Source of the DNA: an uncultured Candidatus Saccharibacteria bacterium
GTDB taxonomy: Bacteria > Patescibacteriota > UBA1384 > XYA2-FULL-43-10 > 1-14-0-10-43-13
Length of the DNA stretch: 64,000 nucleotides
Direction of reading: 5' to 3'
Assembly (NCBI GenBank): GCA_964543385.1
Contig: CAZIYE010000002.1
Location: 64,034-128,033, forward strand
Shown: one piece after another, positions 60,322 through 64,000 of the stretch
How the letters are laid out: each line of letters starts with the position of its first letter
Position numbering within the stretch: the stretch's first letter is position 1
Translations under genes and position numbers: made by a program
Notes under the pieces: generated by a model
Database searches by the model: none
What the model was told of the DNA's origin: nothing
Seen by the model: only the letters and a program-made list of their open reading frames with translations

Positions 60322-62100
60322 ATGGAAGAAAAAAAGAAACAAACTTTTATACCAGAGGTTATCACGGTTAAAGAATTCGCTGAAAAGCTAAATCTTCCCG
60401 TTACTGCTGTTATTACTGAGCTAATGAAAAATGGTGTCCTGGCAACGATAAATGAGACAATAGACTTTGAGACGGCATCAATAGTCGGAGAATATCTCGG
60501 GGCAGAGGTGATTTTACAAGAAAAGGAAGAAAAATCATCAAAGAGAGTTGCATCAAAGGTTTCTACTAAAGATCTTACTCCTCGGCCTCCTGTTGTTACA
60601 ATCATGGGTCATGTAGATCATGGCAAGACTACTCTATTGGATAATATTAGACGCAGTCATGTTGCTCTAGGTGAATCCGGTGGTATTACTCAACATATTT
60701 CCGCATACCAAGTTACTCTTGAGGGCACTAAAAACAAAGAATTAAAGAATAAGACCATAACTTTTATAGATACTCCGGGCCATGCTGCTTTTTCTGCCAT
60801 GAGAGAACATGGAACAGCTATCACAGATATAGTGGTTCTAATTGTCGCAGCAAATGATGGCGTTATGCCTCAAACTGCTGAAGTAATCAGACAAACAAAA
60901 TTAAATAATGTGCCAGTGATTGTTGCGATCAATAAAGTTGATTTGCCAGATTCGGACATTATGAAGGTCAAGCAGCAACTGTCAGACCAAGAATTAATAC
61001 CCGAAGATTGGGGTGGCAAGACCGTTATGGTCGAGATATCAGCAAAAACTGGCCAAGGTATCGACAATCTTCTGGAGATGATATTATTACAAGCTGAAAT
61101 GATGGAGTTAAAAGCAAATCCAAAAGAGGATGCTGTTGGTATAGTTATAGAATCTCATATGCAAAAAGGTGCCGGTCCAATGGCACTTGTATTGATAGAT
61201 AATGGTACATTGCATAAAGGTGACCCAATTTCTATCGGCGCATCATACGGCAAGGTTCGAATATTAGAAGATTTTGCAGGCAAACCTCTTCTCCAAGCTA
61301 TCCCAAGTACACCAGTTAGAATAGCCGGACTTAAATCATTGCCAGATTTTGGTGATAGACTATTAGCTTTTAGGTCAGAAAAAGAAGCCAGAGAAAATTC
61401 TATGAAGATGGAGACTGGTAAATCTCATTTAAGGATAGCCACAGCGAAGAAAATCGGTTCAAGCGAAGACTCTAATGAAGTTAAACGAATAGAATTTAAT
61501 CTAATAGTAAAAGCAGATGTTCAGGGCTCGCTCGAGGCTCTCAAATCCTCTATTGAAGAAATAAACAGTCAAGAAATAGATTTAAAGATTGTATCGGAAG
61601 GTGTGGGCGCTATTTCTGAATCCGAAGTAACCCTAGCCAAGGCCACTTCTTCCCAAGTGGTTGGCTTTCGTGTTCAGGCTCTGGGGGCAGCTAAAAAAAT
61701 TGCGGACAAAGAAGGCGTTGAAGTGAAGGCTTTTGACGTTATCTATGAGTTGCTTGATTATGTGAAGGCTGAGATGTCTGATTTATTGCCACCAGAAATT
61801 ATTGAAGAGGAGCTTGGTCATGGTAACGTTCTGGCAATATTTCGAGATGACAAAAAAGGCTTTGTTGCCGGCGGCAATATTGATAGCGGCAAAGTAACAA
61901 ACGGCGATGAAATCAAGTTTCTACAAAATGATAATGAGAAATATCGTGCCAAGATTCTTTCGCTCAGACGTGAAAAAAATGAAGTCAAAGAATGCGAATC
62001 CGGATCAGAGTGTGGCTTTAGTCTCCCTGCTGGCGCAAAGATAGCAGTAGGTGATAGGTTCATAGCATTCAAAACTATCCACAAAAAACGGACAATATAA
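60322..62100 (+). CDS. infB: translation initiation factor IF-2 (short N-terminus)
   Basis: G-domain GHVDHGKTTLLD, DTPGH, NKVD. 592 aa. Confidence 0.95.
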   Translation: MEEKKKQTFIPEVITVKEFAEKLNLPVTAVITELMKNGVLATINETIDFETASIVGEYLGAEVILQEKEEKSSKRVASKVSTKDLTPRPPVVTIMGHVDHGKTTLLDNIRRSHVALGESGGITQHISAYQVTLEGTKNKELKNKTITFIDTPGHAAFSAMREHGTAITDIVVLIVAANDGVMPQTAEVIRQTKLNNVPVIVAINKVDLPDSDIMKVKQQLSDQELIPEDWGGKTVMVEISAKTGQGIDNLLEMILLQAEMMELKANPKEDAVGIVIESHMQKGAGPMALVLIDNGTLHKGDPISIGASYGKVRILEDFAGKPLLQAIPSTPVRIAGLKSLPDFGDRLLAFRSEKEARENSMKMETGKSHLRIATAKKIGSSEDSNEVKRIEFNLIVKADVQGSLEALKSSIEEINSQEIDLKIVSEGVGAISESEVTLAKATSSQVVGFRVQALGAAKKIADKEGVEVKAFDVIYELLDYVKAEMSDLLPPEIIEEELGHGNVLAIFRDDKKGFVAGGNIDSGKVTNGDEIKFLQNDNEKYRAKILSLRREKNEVKECESGSECGFSLPAGAKIAVGDRFIAFKTIHKKRTI

Positions 62101-62114
62101 ATATTCTAAAAAAA

Positions 62115-62147
62115 GCCTGTTCCAGATAGTCAAAACAGGTTTTTTTA
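62115..62147 (+). terminator. rho-independent terminator after infB
   Basis: Hairpin gcctgtt ccagatagtcaaa aacaggt followed by TTTTTTT. Confidence 0.65.
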
Positions 62148-62241
62148 ATTTTTGTGGAAGAAAAGCCAATAAACATATTGCGCTAGTAAATTCCTTCCAG
62201 TAAAATGTAGAAGACAATTCATAAAATTCTTGGAGGGTGAC

Positions 62242-64000
62242 TTGGGCTCTTTTGATTCTTTTAAAAAATGGTTCCAAAATAGGGAAGAATCTACGGATTT
62301 TACTGTGAATACTGTTGATGGTTTGCTGCCAGAAGACAAGAAACAGATAGAAGAGCTAGCTCACAAAGAAGTTGATATTGATATTCAAAAACAGAGGGTG
62401 GTTGCTCAGCTAGAGACACAAAAAGATAAACTTGAATCCCGAATCATCGCTATCCAACGTTCCACCCGTGTAGCTCTTCCAGCCTTTGCTAAAATACATA
62501 ATGATCTACGCCAAAAGTACTCCTGGTACTACCGATGGCATATGAACCCATTCTCTAATGTTATCCATTGGTCTGCTATCTCCGGTTTCACATTAGGCCT
62601 TACTACCTTCATCTTCTCCTTCATCTTCTCTTTATCGGTAGCCCCAATCATGGCTGCCTCAGAACATAGCTGGGGTAGTGAAAGTGCATGGCAATCATGG
62701 ACTATTGCAGAACTTTCTACTAAAGATAATGTTGGCGCAGTAACCCTTGCCAAGAAGACTACAGACAACGGACAACCGACAATAGCTAGCAATAGTCAGT
62801 CAGCTGTCGTCAGTAGTCAGTCGTCTTACTCTCCCTCTGGTACTGCCTCTATTGTCTTTACTCCCAATAAGGAAGAAGTAGTAGACTGGTTGTCCTTTAA
62901 ATCAGATGAAGTCCTAAACAGTCAAACCATTAAGAAAGAGTTCTCTACTGATGGTATTCTCTATACTGATAAACTAGAGGATCTTGCTGACTCCAAATCT
63001 CTTCATATCAAAGTCTCTCTTTCTACAAATGATCAAAGCATCACTCCTATCCTTAACTCTATAGCTATCCAATATTCCAGACTTCCTAACACCCCAGAAA
63101 ACCTTTCTATTGGAATAGACAAAGATATCCTTAAAACAACCCAAACTCTTACCGCCAGCTCTTTCTCCGATCCTGACAATGATCCTCACAGAGCCTCACA
63201 TTGGCAGATCACTACTATCCCCGGCAACTACTCAAACCTTGTTCTCGATCAGGTCAATAATGATAATAAAGACAAAGAGTCCCTTACTAAACTAGAACTC
63301 ACCAATCCTCTGAAAGATGGTACTTACTATCTAAGAGCCAGATACCAAGATTCTGCTGGAGCTTGGTCACTTTGGAGTAAAGAAACAACTATTACTATTA
63401 GCCAAGATAACAAAGACAATCCTAATCTAGTTGATAAGATCACTAAAAATACCATAGAGACCAAAGTAGTATCTCTTGGTGATACCCAAATCCAACAAAA
63501 CCCCAATGAAGATACTAATCTCAGAACTGAAACTACCAAAACCATAGATAACAAAAACAAGACTAAAACTCTAGAATCATACTCTGGCATCATTCATTAC
63601 AAAGAAGATTATACAGATCAATCAAACACATCTTGGAAAGATATTAACCCCAATCACTCTATAGATACTCCTACCTATGTCCTTTATGACCAGATGCCTT
63701 CCACTGTCAAAGTCTTCAAAGATAAAATTGGTTATGAGATAGAATCTCGTAAAACAGGTGACAAATACACCATAGAGCTAAAAGATGTAGATGGTAATCC
63801 AAAACTATCCAGAAACACTTCATCAACCCCAAACACAGTAGCTTGGGCTGATATCAATACTCCTGACATCAACCAAAAGAAACAGCAAAACAACTTCTTC
63901 GCTAAATATCTAAATCCTAAAGCTTTAGCAGAAGACTCTCAACTCTCAACTCTAAACTCTCAACCATCCGATGGCTCTAACCTTAAGTTTGAATTTGAGA
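62242..64000 (+). CDS. large membrane-anchored surface protein, 5' part (continues beyond window); FN3-like YxLRARY…WSLWS motif
   Basis: Frame is open from 62173 to the window end. It is absent from the ORF track because it has no in-window stop. Putative TTG start at 62242 lies 4 nt after GGAGGG. N-terminal cytoplasmic coiled-coil region, one TM helix (WSAISGFTLGLTTFIFSFIFSLSVAPIMAA), then a Ser/Thr/Asn-rich ectodomain (TYYLRARYQDSAGAWSLWSKE). Confidence 0.45.
   Translation, partial: MGSFDSFKKWFQNREESTDFTVNTVDGLLPEDKKQIEELAHKEVDIDIQKQRVVAQLETQKDKLESRIIAIQRSTRVALPAFAKIHNDLRQKYSWYYRWHMNPFSNVIHWSAISGFTLGLTTFIFSFIFSLSVAPIMAASEHSWGSESAWQSWTIAELSTKDNVGAVTLAKKTTDNGQPTIASNSQSAVVSSQSSYSPSGTASIVFTPNKEEVVDWLSFKSDEVLNSQTIKKEFSTDGILYTDKLEDLADSKSLHIKVSLSTNDQSITPILNSIAIQYSRLPNTPENLSIGIDKDILKTTQTLTASSFSDPDNDPHRASHWQITTIPGNYSNLVLDQVNNDNKDKESLTKLELTNPLKDGTYYLRARYQDSAGAWSLWSKETTITISQDNKDNPNLVDKITKNTIETKVVSLGDTQIQQNPNEDTNLRTETTKTIDNKNKTKTLESYSGIIHYKEDYTDQSNTSWKDINPNHSIDTPTYVLYDQMPSTVKVFKDKIGYEIESRKTGDKYTIELKDVDGNPKLSRNTSSTPNTVAWADINTPDINQKKQQNNFFAKYLNPKALAEDSQLSTLNSQPSDGSNLKFEFE

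Overview
AT-rich (~33-36% GC) bacterial window with short genes and little non-coding DNA, consistent with a small-genome monoderm-like lineage (possibly CPR/Patescibacteria). This lineage call is inference only. TGA is used as a stop codon. Core housekeeping genes are clear: rpmI-rplT-infC, uvrA, valS, gyrB-gyrA, infB, a tRNA-Gln(UUG) and a type-A RNase P RNA. The accessory content is more interesting: (1) a heliorhodopsin gene; (2) two separate Nudix-hydrolase/histidine-kinase linkages, one a Nudix-GAF-PAS-HK fusion with a response regulator and one an operon of PaaK-like adenylating enzyme, ThiF/E1-like enzyme, sensor kinase and Nudix; (3) a 3.8-kb cassette bracketed by perfect 370-bp direct repeats, with three copies of the 3' end of a 'CSCCGL'-tailed gene, a truncated and a full copy of a SpoT-like HD hydrolase, and a GC-rich thymidylate-kinase-like gene; (4) a second GC-rich degenerate guanylate-kinase-like gene; (5) a compact [FeFe]-hydrogenase-like H-domain protein next to rubrerythrin; (6) four KGG-repeat stress proteins, three in tandem with a 91-bp perfect inter-gene duplication; (7) paired Asn/Thr/Gly-rich repeat surface proteins; (8) a cluster of nucleotide house-cleaning enzymes (HD, IMPase, HD, ITPase). 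Several GC-rich islands in the AT-rich background suggest foreign or recently rearranged DNA. No CRISPR array, integrase or transposase was recognised.
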